NCBI GenBank assembly: GCA_951406725.2
Contig: OX597838.1
Location: 35,774,001 to 35,838,000 of the forward strand
DNA length: 64,000 nucleotides
Direction of reading: 5' to 3'
Origin: Octopus vulgaris
Taxonomy: Eukaryota
Shown here: positions 38,295 to 51,933 of the stretch, one piece after another
How the letters are laid out: every line of letters starts with the position of its first letter
Position numbering within the stretch: the stretch's first letter is position 1
Notes under the pieces: generated by a model
Seen by the model: the letters and a program-made list of their open reading frames with translations, nothing else
What the model was told of the DNA's origin: nothing
The model's database searches: none
Translations under genes and position numbers: made by a program

Positions 38295-40486
38295 CCCTAG
38301 ACCATCACCTAATCACTCTTACCCGTCTTGTTGCTTAACAACAACAACGAAGACTCACAGGTGCCATTTACATGGCACTGCCAAACAACCATGATTCCTG
38401 GGTGCTAGCTTACATGGCACCATCAACGACCGTGACTTCGATGCACAGGGGTCATTTGCATGATAATTGTAGGGAGATTCCTTTTTTTATTCAAAGGCCA
38501 TCATATGTCACCTAAAAACTTGCAGCATGTTTGCAGATACATGCATGCACACGTCATACATTTGTCATTGCTGCAATGCTAGAAAATACTTGCCTTTGAT
38601 GCTATGCAGTGGGAACTGAACATGGAATCATGTGGTTGCAAAGAAAACCTCTTCACAACGCGATCATAAAGAATTTAATGCCTGAAAATTATTAGTGAAT
38701 TACCGAAAGTAGTTTAAAAATTAAAGAAAGTGAAACGACTGTTTCAGGAAAAATTAGGGAAAGCGGAAATTCTGAAAATTAATACATCAAAATTTGGGTG
38801 CACAATGCAAACATTTTACCGAACGTATTTTCAAAGAGAACATTTCCCCTGCACATGACTGCACATATGTGCATGCATTCATATGCAAGCATGTGTGTGT
38901 GTGTGTGTGTTTGGACATGCTTCAAATAATTGCTGGCACCTCTATGTGAATGCAATTGAACATGCATCAAGTAATTTCTGTTTCCATTGTGTGCCTGTAC
39001 ATTCATGTGTGCACGTACGTGTGTGTGTGTGTGTGTGTGTGTATGAGTGAAGTGTCTTGTATATGTTTGTGCATGTGCATTCATGTGTGTGAGTGTGGTG
39101 AGTGTATATATATTGCATGTGAGTATCCACGTGCGCTGCACATGCATTTTGAGTATGTGTGCATTCATGTTCATGTATGCGTATTGTGTATTACCATACA
39201 TGATGTATGCATGTTCTATGCATGTGTTCATGTGTGCTGTGCATCTGCTCGTGTTTGCACATGCATATGAGTGTGCATGTGTGCACATTCTCGAGCATAT
39301 GTCCTTGCATATTTTTTTTGTATTTGTGCATTTTCATATGCGCTGTGTAAAAGCATCTGTGTGTGTTATCTGTGTGTGTGTGTGTGTGTGTGCGTTTATG
39401 AATGTTTGTGTGAATGTGTGTATGTGCATGCATGTTATGTATGCAAATAACTGCATGTGTGTAAATGCGTAATTCAACATCTTTCAAAGAAATTCTATAC
39501 CCTAGAGAAGTGCATTGTTTGAATATGTTTGCGTGTATGTATATATGCACTTTCATGTGCAGAGAAGTGCATTGTTTCTATGTGTGCTTGTACACATGTG
39601 CTTTCACATGTATTCACATGGAGACAATAGTACATGCATGCATGTGTGTTTGTGTATTTAATTCAATATGCCTCAAAGAAAACTTGTCTACCATGTGTGC
39701 AGAGGGCAGGGCAGGGCGGGTTTGGCAGTGGAGTGTTTGTGCGCAATTTAACAAAATTTCAAAGAAAATTTAACCTGAATATGCATATGCATATGTGTTC
39801 ACATGTGTGTGTGTGTGTGCATGTGTGTGTGTGTCTGCATCTGTGTGCACATAATTGTATGCATTCATCCTTAAACAGCAATGACTGCATCACAAAGATT
39901 GGTGTTTCTCTACAGCTACCAACTACTAAACACTAGAAACTCACAGCAGTGTAATAGTCTCATATCTAGAATACTGTGGCTGCTGAGACATTTAACATTT
40001 TATGAAGCTCAGAGGAGACCCAGAAGGTCGTGATACACCATCATCTAGGATATTGCTGCTGCTGTTGCTGCTATACTTAACAATTTATAAAACTCAGAGT
40101 AACCACTTAATGATGTGCTACTCACACATCTGGAAAACATCTACTGCTATGCCTAACAAATTATAAAACTCAGAGTAATCATATAATGGCGTGGTATTCT
40201 CATATCTAGGACACTCCTGACACTACTATTTATAATTTATAAAGCTCAGAAGGTTGCAAGTTGGCAGAAATGTTAGCATGCTGGGCAAAATGCTTAGTGG
40301 TATTTCGTCTGTCTTTACATTCTGAGTTCAAATTCTGCTGAGGTCTACTTTGCCTTTCATACTTTCAGGGGTTGATGCATTAAGTACCAGTTGTGTACTG
40401 GGGTCGATCTAATTGACTGGCCCCCTCCCCCAAAATTTCAGGCCTTGTGTCTAAAGTAGAAAAGAATTTATAAAGTTCAGAGTAAA

Positions 40487-40857
40487 CATGCAGGTGTGGC
40501 TGTGTGGCAAGAAACTTGCTTGCCAACCATGTAATTCTGGGTTCAATTCCTCTGTGTAGCACCTGGAGCAAGTGTCTTCTGCTCTAACCTCAGTGAGTGA
40601 ATATGGTAGATGGTAACTGAAAGAAGCCTGTCATATATGTATGTGTGTGTGTGTGTGTGGGTGTGCATGTGTTTCTCACCACCACTTGACAACCAGTGTT
40701 GGTGTGTTTATGTCCCTGTAACTTAATGGATCAGCAAAAGTGACTGATAGTATAAGTGCCAGGCTTTAACAAAATATAAGTACTGGGGTTGCAAGGCTCT
40801 GCCCCAGCATGGCCACAGTCTAATAACTGAAACAAGTAAGAGTTAAAAGATAAAAGA
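40487..40857 (+). mobile_element. SINE family A, diverged
   Basis: Degenerate consensus. Confidence 0.75.
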
Positions 40858-40908
40858 CATAATGTTGTGGTATTCACATCTCTTGGACATTGCTGTCACT
40901 GCAATTCA

Positions 40909-41211
40909 TCTTTATATATAAAATTCAAGTTGTGTGTGAGACTCTGTCTCCTCCGATTTAGATTCCTAACTACTCCCACATTTTGCGGTGCAGTTTAACC
41001 AAAAGCGGGTATCTTATAGTCGTGATTCATATCGAGCCCTTCTGGGTATTAGCGCACGTCTATGATGAGTCTACGATTTAAAAAAAATTACCATCATTTT
41101 TCCGCATTTTTAATGATTTTTGCTCGGGTTATATAAGGGAAGTAACTCTCTAAAAATGCTTATATAGTTATTTCCCTTACAAACCCGAGCAACGCCGGGC
41201 GATACTGCTAG
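40909..41211 (+). mobile_element. Non-autonomous Helitron
   Basis: A|TC start, subterminal hairpin cccgagcaacgccggg, CTAG|T end, no TSD. Confidence 0.88.
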
Positions 41212-42038
41212 TAATTTCTAAAACTCAGAGTAAATACATAATGGTGTGATACTCTTGTATCTAGGCCCACATCTGTTGCTACACAGTTGCAGATACACAG
41301 ATAACCTAGACTGCATTGAGAGAAAATTCTCTCATCTTATTGACATAAAGTCAGAGACAAAACACAATCCAGCCGCTGGTCCTCACACATGCTCTGCTCC
41401 CCCCTCTCTCTCTGTCCCTTTTTCTATTGCTTCTACCTCAGCTTCTGCTGCCTTCTAAGAATTGGCTGGTCCCATGCCACCGCCTTTCAGCCATGATCAA
41501 CTGATTTGTCTCCAGTGCTCCTAACACTCCTGCTGTACACATTCCTAAACACCCCTATTCAATGCACTAACCACAACACCCTATCCTTTGTTCCCATTAA
41601 GTCAACACTCTAGAATTCCCTATTTGCACATGTCTTTCATGTATTAGTGGACTTGTAATAGTTTAAATGGAATGTTAATGGCATAAATCTCAATGGTCTT
41701 AAAGACCGCGAGCGTGGCCCCTTCCTCCGCTTGAAACCAACAATAATAATAATAATAATAATGCATGTGTATGATGTGAGTATGTGCATTGTGTATGTTT
41801 GTGTGTGTGTGCATGTGTGCGGAATTTTATATTCACAGCACGGAAAACGGACGTTAAACGATGATGATGATGATGATGATGATGTGCTTGATATTGTGTG
41901 TACATGTTTGTGTATGTATGTAGACGAATGTATGAGCAATTGTATATTTGCATATATGTGTATTCATGTCTATGCATTTGTGTGTGTATGTGTGTGCATG
42001 AATTTGCAATCATGTATATGCATAATTATACACACCCT

Positions 42039-42521
42039 GGTGCTGAAAAGTTCCTGGCTTCGGGTAAAAGAAAATACAGGAGGATCAGTTAATTACAATT
42101 TTATTTAACGCTAGCAGTATCGCCCGGCGTTGCTCGGGTTTGTAAGGGAAATAACTATATAAGCAATTTTAGAGAGTTACTTCCCTTATATAACCCGAGC
42201 AAAAATCATTAAAAGTGCGGGAAAATGATGGTAAATTTTTTTTTAAATCGTAGATGCACGCTAATACCCAGAAGGGCTCGATATGTATGATGACTATAAG
42301 ATACCCACTTTTGGTTAAACTGCACCGCAAAATGTGGGAGTAGTTAGGAATCTAAATCGGAGGAGACAGAGTCTCACACAGGCAAATTCAATTTTATATA
42401 TAAAATCTCTCAGATTCACATACTTATTGCAGGAGTCCTTCAGTTTTTCTAACTCCTACAAAAAATTTCAGAAGGTTGGGGTTCCAACCAGGACCTTTGC
42501 AACCAGGATCTTTTCAACACC
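42039..42521. mobile_element. Degenerate mariner-type MITE interrupted by a Helitron
   Basis: ggtgctgaaaagttcctgg / ccaggatcttttcaacacc inverted termini. Confidence 0.6.
42111..42405 (-). mobile_element. Non-autonomous Helitron, same family
   Basis: Reverse complement of 40909-41211, CTAG terminus. Confidence 0.85.
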
Positions 42522-43321
42522 CACTTTTATGTATCTGCAGATGATAGTGAAGAATGTGTATGTATAACAACCTAGTGAGGAGTGGATGCTCATGGTGAGG
42601 AAACACTAAGATATAACTTTTTAAAAGGATGGGTGAACCCAGTATAGGGTCAATAACCATCTAGTTATGGTGTGCATCATTATCATCAACCCTTGGATAT
42701 TACTGTCTCGAGTCCTGGAACTCATAGGGATGGCTACTCAGCTTCCATGGCATATAAGTGTCTGAGATCACAAACTTGCCCCTGGATGGGATGTTAGTCC
42801 TTTGCAGGGTTACTCATTTAAAGCCGAATGGATTGGAGCAACATGTAATGAAGCATTTTGCTTAAGAAAAAAACACACTCCCTGGTGTAGGGATTGAAAC
42901 CCTGATCTTGCGATTGTGAATGCAACGCCCTTAGAATTAGGCCACATAAAAATATTAGAATTTGTGAATGAGCACATTATTAGATCGCATTTAGGCTCTT
43001 ATCAGAACATCTCTCAAGGACATTAGGTAGATGGTGCTCCTTGTCTCATAGTAGAAACAACCTATCTTTGCTGTCCTGATGGGTGAAGGTTAGGAAGACA
43101 AGCCAGGGCAGAAAAAAGCAACTTGCAGTAGGGGTCAGCTTCTTACAGCCAGTTCCTGACACTGAATTTTCAGCAGCCTCCTACATATACAAAAGTGACA
43201 TTAGCTGTTATAGGCCACCCTTGCTCCTGGATCTGTCTCCTTCACAGCAACGATATTGATTCTGGGAATGCATGCAGTGCAACTCAGTACAACAGTGTCT
43301 TCTCCTGAATTCTCTCTCTCT

Positions 43322-43528
43322 CTTTACTCTTTTACTTGTTTCAGTCATTTGACTGCGGCCATGCTGGAGCACCGCCTTTAGTCGAGCAAATCGACCCCAG
43401 GATTTATTCTTTGTAAGCCCAGTACTTATTCTATCGGTCTCTTTTGCCGAACCACTAAGTTACGGGGACGTAAACACACCAGCATCGGTTGTCAAGCAAT
43501 GCTGGGACACACAAACATACACACACAC

Positions 43529-43588
<60 letters not shown>

Positions 43589-43746
43589 GACGGGCTTCTT
43601 TCAGTTTTCGTCTACCAAATCCACTCACAAGGCATTGGTTGGCCTGGGGCTATAGCAGAAGACACTTGCCCAAGATGCCACGCAGTGGGACTGAACCCGG
43701 AACCATGTAGTTGGTTAGCAAGCTACTTACCACACAGCCACTCCTG
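43322..43746 (-). mobile_element. SINE family A
   Basis: Full-length reverse copy; plus-strand head follows at 43847-44010. Confidence 0.85.
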
Positions 43747-44100
43747 TGGATTATCGAGTGTTAGAGATGGCTGCTACAGCAGGGAATTAGAGTTCCATGC
43801 TTTGACAATGGAATACCACCCCTTTTTATAATATCCTTGCTCAAAAGTGCAGGAGTGACTGTGTGGTAAATAGCTTGCTTACCAACTACATGGTTCTGGG
43901 GGTTCAGTCCCACTGCATGGCACTTTGGTCAAGTGTCTTCTACTATAGCCGCAGGCCAACTAAAACCTTGTGAGTGGATTTGGCAGAGGGAAACTGAAAG
44001 AATCTTGTCATATATATATTAGAAGAAATAAGGTACTCAGAAATCTGGATGGTTTTATATTTACAGATTTTTATTAATATGTCACATGTTTTTATAAATC

Positions 44101-44139
44101 ATATATTAGCGCTTGCATCTACTCTAGTAGACTCTTCAG

Positions 44140-44145
<6 letters not shown>
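44101..44145 (-). ncRNA. Minimal hammerhead motif, A13>C core change
   Basis: ATATAT-CTGAAGA-GTCTAC-TAGA-GTAGAT-GCA-AGCGCT-A-ATATAT. Confidence 0.6.
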
Positions 44146-44179
<34 letters not shown>

Positions 44180-44217
44180 ATGTGTGTGTGTAAGTATGGC
44201 ATGAGTGTATGTATATA

Positions 44218-44615
44218 TAATAATAATGAAATTATTGTATACAGTGCTCAGGTGCACCACAACTTGTCAGAAAGTGCGTATAGAGTATATGCAGTAATGT
44301 ACAAATGTCTGGAAAGCGAACAATGCATGAGTCAGATACATGCTTGTGTGTGTATGGAGGGGAGAAAATCAGGTGTAGTGTTAGCGAATCTCAGGAAAGC
44401 ATGGAAGTTTTGAAGGATGCAGTGCTCCGACAACTAACAACCGATGCCGGCAGTTTGTTCCATGCTTCAGCAACTCTCAGCGTGAAAAAATGTTTCCTGA
44501 AAGTCATGGGAGCTGTGCTGTTTTCTGACTTTGTAAATATGTCCACAGGGTGTTAGACAGGTGGAGTTTGAAAAGGTGCTCAGAGTTATTGTTTGTATGA
44601 TGGTTGATAATTTTA
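44218..44615 (-). mobile_element. CR1-clade LINE 3' end
   Basis: Minus strand GHIYKVRK..KHFFTLRVAEAWNKLPASVVSC..SFK, with (TTA)n tail. Confidence 0.85.
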
Positions 44616-44787
44616 TTCCAAGTGGTATGTTTATGTGCATGTTACTGAGCGTGTGTGTGTGTGTGTGTGTGTGTGCGTGTCTTCAGTTTAAACATCACTC
44701 GAAGAAAACTTGTCCCCTGTGTATGAGTGTGTGTGAGTGTATAGCATGCAATATGCATCTATATGCATATATGTATATAAGCCCAGT

Positions 44788-44950
44788 AGCACCACCTTTA
44801 GTCGAGCAAATCGACCCCAGGACTTATTCTTTGTAAGCCCAGTACTTATTCTATCGGTCTCTTTTGCCGAACCGCTAAGTGACGGGGACGTAAACACACC
44901 AGCATCGGTTGTCAAGCAATGCTAGAGGTGACAAACACAGACACACAAAC

Positions 44951-44981
<31 letters not shown>

Positions 44982-45153
44982 CATATATACGACAGGCTTC
45001 TTTCAGTTTCTGTCTACCAAATCCACTCACAAGGCTTCGGTCGGCCTGAGGCTATAGCAGAAGACACTTGCCCAAGATGCCACACAGTGGGACTGAACCC
45101 GGAACCATGTGGTTGGTTAGCAAGCTACTTACCACTCAGCCACACCTGCACCT
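44788..45153 (-). mobile_element. SINE family A
   Basis: Reverse copy lacking the tail. Confidence 0.85.
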
Positions 45154-45575
45154 GTAAGTGCTTTCTTTAGTTTTAGATAATATCGAGGTTCAACAAGTTG
45201 CAAATAACTGTAATATTTGCATCGGTGCTTCCACAAGGCAGGGGTGGTCGTGGTTGTAGAAACACTATGTATTTACTCATATGCACGCAAGAGGATGCAT
45301 GCTCCTGCAGGTGTGCATATTCTATCTTGTTGCAAACCATATTTGCATCGGTGAGATTATTATTATGCATGCATGCACTTGTGTGTGTGTATATATATAT
45401 ATATTATATGTATATATGTATATATGTATATATATATGTATATATATGTATATATATATGTATATATATATGTATATATATATATGTATATATATGTATA
45501 TATATATGTATATATATATATATATATGTATATATATGTGTATATATATATGTATATATATTATATATATGTATG

Positions 45576-45633
<58 letters not shown>

Positions 45634-45749
45634 TATATATATATGCATATATATGTTTATATATGTATATATGTACATATATATGCATATATATGTATAT
45701 ATATATATATGTATGTATATATATGTTCATATATATGTATATATATGCA

Positions 45750-45852
<103 letters not shown>

Positions 45853-45925
45853 GTATATATGTATATATGTATATATATATGTATATATATATATATATGT
45901 ATGTATATATATATATATATATATG

Positions 45926-46065
<140 letters not shown>

Positions 46066-46763
46066 GCAGGCAAGTGGGTGCATAGTAGTGAGTGTTTGCA
46101 CAGTTTAACTTGTTGCCAAGTAGAACAGTCCCTAATGCATATGATGTGCATACATGCATAATCGTAATTTAAATTGTAATTTTACATGGGAAAGGTGTCA
46201 ATTAATTGCATGTGTGTGTTTGCCTGCATACCTGTAAGTATGGAAGCATGCATTACATGCATGCATGTGAGCATATACACGTGCCCTGCTTGTTTGTGAG
46301 TGTTGTGTATACAGTTTGACATGTTTAAATGAAGTGCTTTTCTGCCTGTGCATATATGTATATGTGCATGCATGTGCATGCATGCGTGTGCATGTCTCTT
46401 TTGTCTCTTTATGAGTGTTGCAAATATAATTTGACAAGTTTCAAAGAACTATTCTTTGTGTGTAAATGTGTGTGTGTGTGTGTATGTGGTTGCAAGTTTG
46501 TCTGTGTCACATGTATGTGTGTGTGTGTGTGTGTGAGTGTGTGTGTGACTATGTGTATGTGTGTGCATGAGCTTTTACACGTGCGTCCGTATATCCTTGT
46601 TTAGGTGATGCAGTGCATGCTGTGAAGCACGTGCATGCATTTGCATTTGTGTTTGAGCGTTTGAGTTTATGCAGTTGCTTAAACACACGCATTGCATATA
46701 TGGTGTGAAGAACATGTGTGTGTGTGTGCGCGTGTGTGTGTGCGTGTGTATGTGTGCGTGTGC

Positions 46764-46801
<38 letters not shown>

Positions 46802-47504
46802 ATGTGCGCACGTGTGTGCGTGTGCGTGCGTGTGTGTGTGTGTGCGTGTGCGCGCGTGCGTGTGTGTGTGTGTGTGTGCGTGCGTGTGTGTGTGTGTGTG
46901 CATGTGCGCACGTGTGTGTGTGTGCGTGCGTGTGTGTGTGTGTGTGCGTGTGCGTGCGTGTGTGTGTGTTCACACGCGTGTGTGTGTGGGTGTGTAATTT
47001 CACACATTTTGTGCATTTTAAAGACGTGCTGTCCCTTGAGTGTGTGAGTGCGTGAGTATATATAATTTGTCAATGTGTGATTGTGTGTATGTGTGTTTGG
47101 ATATAGTATGTGGAATTTGTGTGTATGCGTATGCACTTGTTATATGTAATCTGAGTGTTTGTGAGAGAAATGGTGCGTGTATATATAATAGATATATGTG
47201 TGTGTTATGTGTGTTTATGTCTATTTGAGTTTTACATGTGATATGTGTGTGTGTGTGTGTGTGTGTATTGTGTTTTGTACGTGTACACCTTATAGATTAT
47301 TTATTTCATGTTGAGAGTACCTTACCAAAAACTCTGAACAGTAACTAAACAAAACCAGCAATTCAGTTTCAATTCCAGTTTGAACCCAGTTTACTGTTAT
47401 GGGGAGGGAATACTCTCTTTATCCACCATTCATTTTCTCAGCCCACTCTTCCTGGGAGAGTCATGAGGGAGGGTCCTTATGCACCTCACTCCTCCATGTC
47501 TTAT

Positions 47505-48010
47505 CAGAAGCAACTATCATCATTACACTTTCTGGGTGGATTCCCAAGCATGACTAACTGAGACCATCTCCTTGGTCTACCCCTAGGTATCCTGCTGGTC
47601 ATGGGGGTAGAATCCTCATGCAACTTCCTCCTTCATAGAGCCCTACTAGAAGCAACTATCATTACACCTTTTGGTTGGATTCCCAAGTGTGATCAACTAA
47701 GACTATGGACATTATCCGACTATCTCACTCTTGGTCTGCTCCTAGGTCTCTTCTGCCAGTCATAGGATAATGTCCTCAGGCACATCCTCCATAAGGCAAC
47801 TGTCATTGCACTTCCCGGTTGGATTCCCAAGAATGACCAACTGAGACTATGGATGTTATCCAACCATCTCCTTCTTGGCCTACCCTTAGCTTTCCTGCTG
47901 GTCACAGGGTAGAGTCCTCAGGCACCTTCCTCATAGGATTATATCATTGTACTTTCTGAATGGATTTCCAAGCATGAGCAACTGAGACTTTGAACATTAA
48001 CCATCTCATT
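47505..48010. repeat. ~143-bp tandem repeat of an RTE-like C-terminal segment
   Basis: caact.tcat units at 47511, 47654, 47797 and ~47944; minus-strand GRPRRRWLDNI. Confidence 0.7.
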
Positions 48011-49212
48011 GATGGTTTCTAGAAATGGTAAAAAAAACTGCCTGTCTTTCAAGAGAACAAATACTAGAGAACTGCACAGAATTTGTCCTTACCTTCTGTA
48101 TCCAAATCCTCCCAGCGCTAAGTTTTTGCCTTTACTTATAAAAGAGGAAGAGAGTGGATAAAATAGATATCAGTTATAGATTTCATATCAGTTACTTATA
48201 TTGCGTTCCTACAAATATTTGGGGGCTTTGTTAGTGCTAGCTACTATTTATTTAAAGAATTCTTAATGGCATTAGAGTGACTGAAAAACTTAGTGCATTC
48301 AACTAAATGCTGGTCTAAAGCAAGAACAAAAAAATATGTTCCTTATTTTCTTAAAAGAATTCCATAACTTCTAAAAAATATTTCCCCCATTCTTCTAAAA
48401 CTATTAATATTTTTTTTGTTCTTATCTCAAATAAAAAATATCTAATAATTTTTTCTTTTCTTTTTATTATTATTATTATTATCATTATTACTACTACTAC
48501 TACTACTACTACTATTATTGTTATTATTATTATCATTATTATTACTACTAATACTACTACTACTACTACTATTATTATTATTATTATTATTATTTTGGAA
48601 AGCAGTTTACTTTTACTTGAATGAGGTTTATAATGTTCACTGGCAATGATTAAAATCGCACTGTCTTTCTCTCAATTTCATTTAAGTGGAAAAGATGGCA
48701 GAGAATGGAACTAAATATCTACCTATTTTCTAAGATCAAATAACTCATTTTAGTTTTGAGACTTGCTTTTCGTCCCTGTGTGGTTTGATAAAATAATTAT
48801 GCATTATATCTTATCATTTCAATCATTTATATCACTTCCCAATAAATCTGGCTTTCAGCCAATGAGAGAGAGCCACTATGTTTTCCTGACTGGCTAGAAA
48901 TAGAAGCCATCTGCAGCTCAAAGTATGTTCTACTGTCTTGCCCTTTAGTATTTAAGCCAAACATATCTGGCGCAAATATTTTTGCCTGTGTTCTGTTCAA
49001 AAAAGTTCAGCCACAACATCTTATGCCTACCCTGCAATGTCATTCTAAAACTTATCAATCACATCAATATTTTGAAGTCAGGAGGTTATTGTTCAAAGCA
49101 GTGTGAATAAATAAGCTTTACATTTAACAGAATAATGGGAACATCAATGGAAAAATCCTATTAACTTTGCGAAATCGACAAGATAGTCAAAACTGAAACA
49201 GTTTAGATCATT

Positions 49213-49693
49213 TAGGCGGCGAGCTGGCAGAAACGTTAGCATGCCGGGCGAAATGCTTAGCGGTATTTTTAGTCTGCCGCTACGTTCTGAGTTCAAATTC
49301 TGCCGAGGTTGACTTTGCCTTTCATCCTTTTGGGTCGATTAATTAAGTACCAGTTACGCACTGGGGTCGATGTAATCGACTTAATACCTATGTCTGTCCT
49401 TGTTTGTCCCCTCTGTGTTTAGCCCCTTGTGGGTAATAAAGAAATAGGTTTAGATCATTTAGGCAGCGAGCTGGCAGAAACGTTAGCACGCCGGGCGAAA
49501 TGCTTAGCGGTATTTTGTCTGCCGCTACGTTCTGAGTTCAAATTCCGCCGAGGTCGACTTTGCCTTTCATCCTTTCGTGGTCGATAAATCAAATACCAGT
49601 TACGCACTGGGGTCGATGTAATCGACTTAATACCTGTGTCTGTCCTTGTTTGTCCTCTCTGTGTTTAGCCCCTTGTGGGTAGTAAAGAAATAG
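49213..49693 (+). mobile_element. SINE family B tandem dimer
   Basis: gtttagatcatt occurs at 49201, 49448 and 49694. Confidence 0.88.
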
Positions 49694-50040
49694 GTTTAGA
49701 TCATTGGTCTTTTCAATTAGTGCTGGTCTAGTATTGGACGACAGCAAATATGAAGGTTGCTGCTACAAATCAGTATTATTTTAGGAATCCTTCCAGGTCT
49801 TCATGTTTTGAGTTTAAATCCTACCAAAGTTAACTTGGCTTTTCATCCATCTGGGGATCAATAAAACAAATTGCCAGTCAAATATTGATTAAGTCCTCTC
49901 TACAAATTTCTAACCCTGTGTCTTTGTTACAAAATTATTATTTTAAGAATTCTTGAGAATATTTTAGTGGTAGAAATGGTTGAGAAATGAACTAAAATCT
50001 CTACCTGCTATCTGTGTTTGAATTCCTTCATAGTCTAAAG

Positions 50041-50645
50041 CAGTGGTTCTCAACCATTTTCTGTCTTTGGAATTCTATTTTACTCCACTGGTCTTCAATA
50101 GCCATTCATTGTATATAAATAACTAGTAGTATCGCCCGGCGTTGCTCGGGTTTGTAAGGGAAATAACTATATAAGCATTTTTAGAGATGTAAAGTATAAT
50201 AGCCATCTCAATATGGCTAACCACAAAGGGGGGTTACTGTAGCTTTTTACGTTCTGAGATTTAATAATACATTTTTAGAGTGTTACTTCCCTTATATATG
50301 CCAAAAATGCATTGAAAATGGGAAAAATTGATGGTAAATTTTTTTTAAATCGTAGACTCATCGTAGTCGTGTGCTAATACCCAGAAGGGCTCGATATGAA
50401 TCACGACTATAAGATACCCGCTTTTGGTTACACTGCACCGCAAAATGTGGGAGTAGTTAGGAATCTAAATCGTAGGAGACAGACAGCACACAACCTCACT
50501 TTTATATATAAAGATAAACATAAAAAAATAAATAAAAATATTTTGTGTACTTTAGAAGTATAACCAATTTATTGCACATAAATTATAACTGAATTTTATA
50601 TGGCCCCACCCCAAGGGCCACATGGACCCCGGTTGAGAACCACTC
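50041..50645. mobile_element. hAT (Charlie-like) MITE interrupted by a Helitron
   Basis: TIR cagtggttctcaacc / ggttgagaaccactc; TSD gtctaaag / gtctaaac. Confidence 0.82.
50123..50514 (-). mobile_element. Non-autonomous Helitron, longer variant
   Basis: A|TC...CTAG|T on minus strand; ~90 extra internal bp. Confidence 0.88.
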
Positions 50646-51339
50646 GTCTAAACTTTGCCTTTACCCAAATGGGGTCAGGATTAGAATTGGTATCAATTAC
50701 GTAACAAGTGATATTTTTATAATTTGTATTGCTTCTCAGCCATATGTGTGATTTTATGCCAGCGTTAATCACTGTTATTTCAAGAATTTCTCCTGGTAAT
50801 TGAATAGCAGAAAGGGTTCAAGCATTATCTAAGAAATCCTTATTCTCAAATTTCTGGAATTCCTAATGGCATTAAGTAATTAGTGAGTATTGATTGGGCT
50901 AAATGACAATATAGAAAATCCTTTTGTTTTTGCTTAAAAAAAAAACCAGTTCTGAAATTTCTAAATTATTCCCCAGTCTTTTGAAACCATTAATTAATTT
51001 ATTTTTTAACTTTATCTCAAATAAAATATATTTTAATAACATTTTTTTTTTGTTGCTCTTATTTTTGATATTTGTTTTGAAACCAATTCAGTTTAATGAG
51101 AATGAATAAATAAATTAAGGCCATGGGGTGGGGTAAAAAAATGAGGCATGAAGGACGAGAAAGGAGAGGTTACAAGTCAGATCAAAAATTAGAGATGGAT
51201 AGCATCAGGTGAGGGTAGTGACCAACCCATGGGAAGCTGGTGGAGCTATTACTGCATTAGACAAAATACCTGGTGATATTTCTTCCTCTTTTATGATCTG
51301 AGTTCAAATGCCACTATGATTGATTTTGCCCATCATCCT

Positions 51340-51640
51340 TTTGTTTGTTCCTTCTTGAGCCATGCCTGGCTCATAAGGGCTGGTTTCCCAGTTTCCTTGG
51401 TGTATAGGTTCCTCACCTGGATGGGAATCCAATCCATCACAGGTGAGCTGCAAGATGCAGGAGGAAAGAGTGAGAGAAAGTTGTGGCGAAAGAGTCAGCA
51501 GAAGTTCACCATTACCTTCTGCCAGAGCCACGTGGAGCTTAGGTGTTTCGCTCATAAACACACACATCACCCAGTCTGAGATTCGAACCCATGATCCCTC
51601 GACTGCGAGTCCACTGCTCTAACCACTAGGCCATGTGCCC
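51340..51640 (-). mobile_element. SINE family C relative
   Basis: Reverse tRNA-like head (..ttcgaaccc..ctaaccactaggcca) and shared body. Confidence 0.7.
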
Positions 51641-51707
51641 CCACATCATCCTTTTGGAGTTGATAAAAATATGTACCAGTTAAGCACTAGGGCCAATAAA
51701 ATAACTA

Positions 51708-51933
51708 CCTATTTCTTTACTACCCACAAGGGGCTAAACACAGAGGGGGCAAGCAAAGACAGACAAACAGATTAAGTCGATTACATTGACCCTAGTGCGT
51801 AACTGGTACTTAATTTATCAAGGATGAAAGGCAAAGTCGACCTCGGTGGAATTTGAACTCACAACGTAACAGCAACCGAAATATCGCAAAGCATTTCGCT
51901 CGACGTGCTAACGATTCTGCCAGCTCGCCGCCT
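51708..51933 (-). mobile_element. SINE family B
   Basis: Reverse consensus. Confidence 0.85.

Noticed and set aside
38530-39900. High density of TGCATG (Rbfox) motifs
   Set aside because: Expected from degenerate TG/CA microsatellite composition and far from any supported exon
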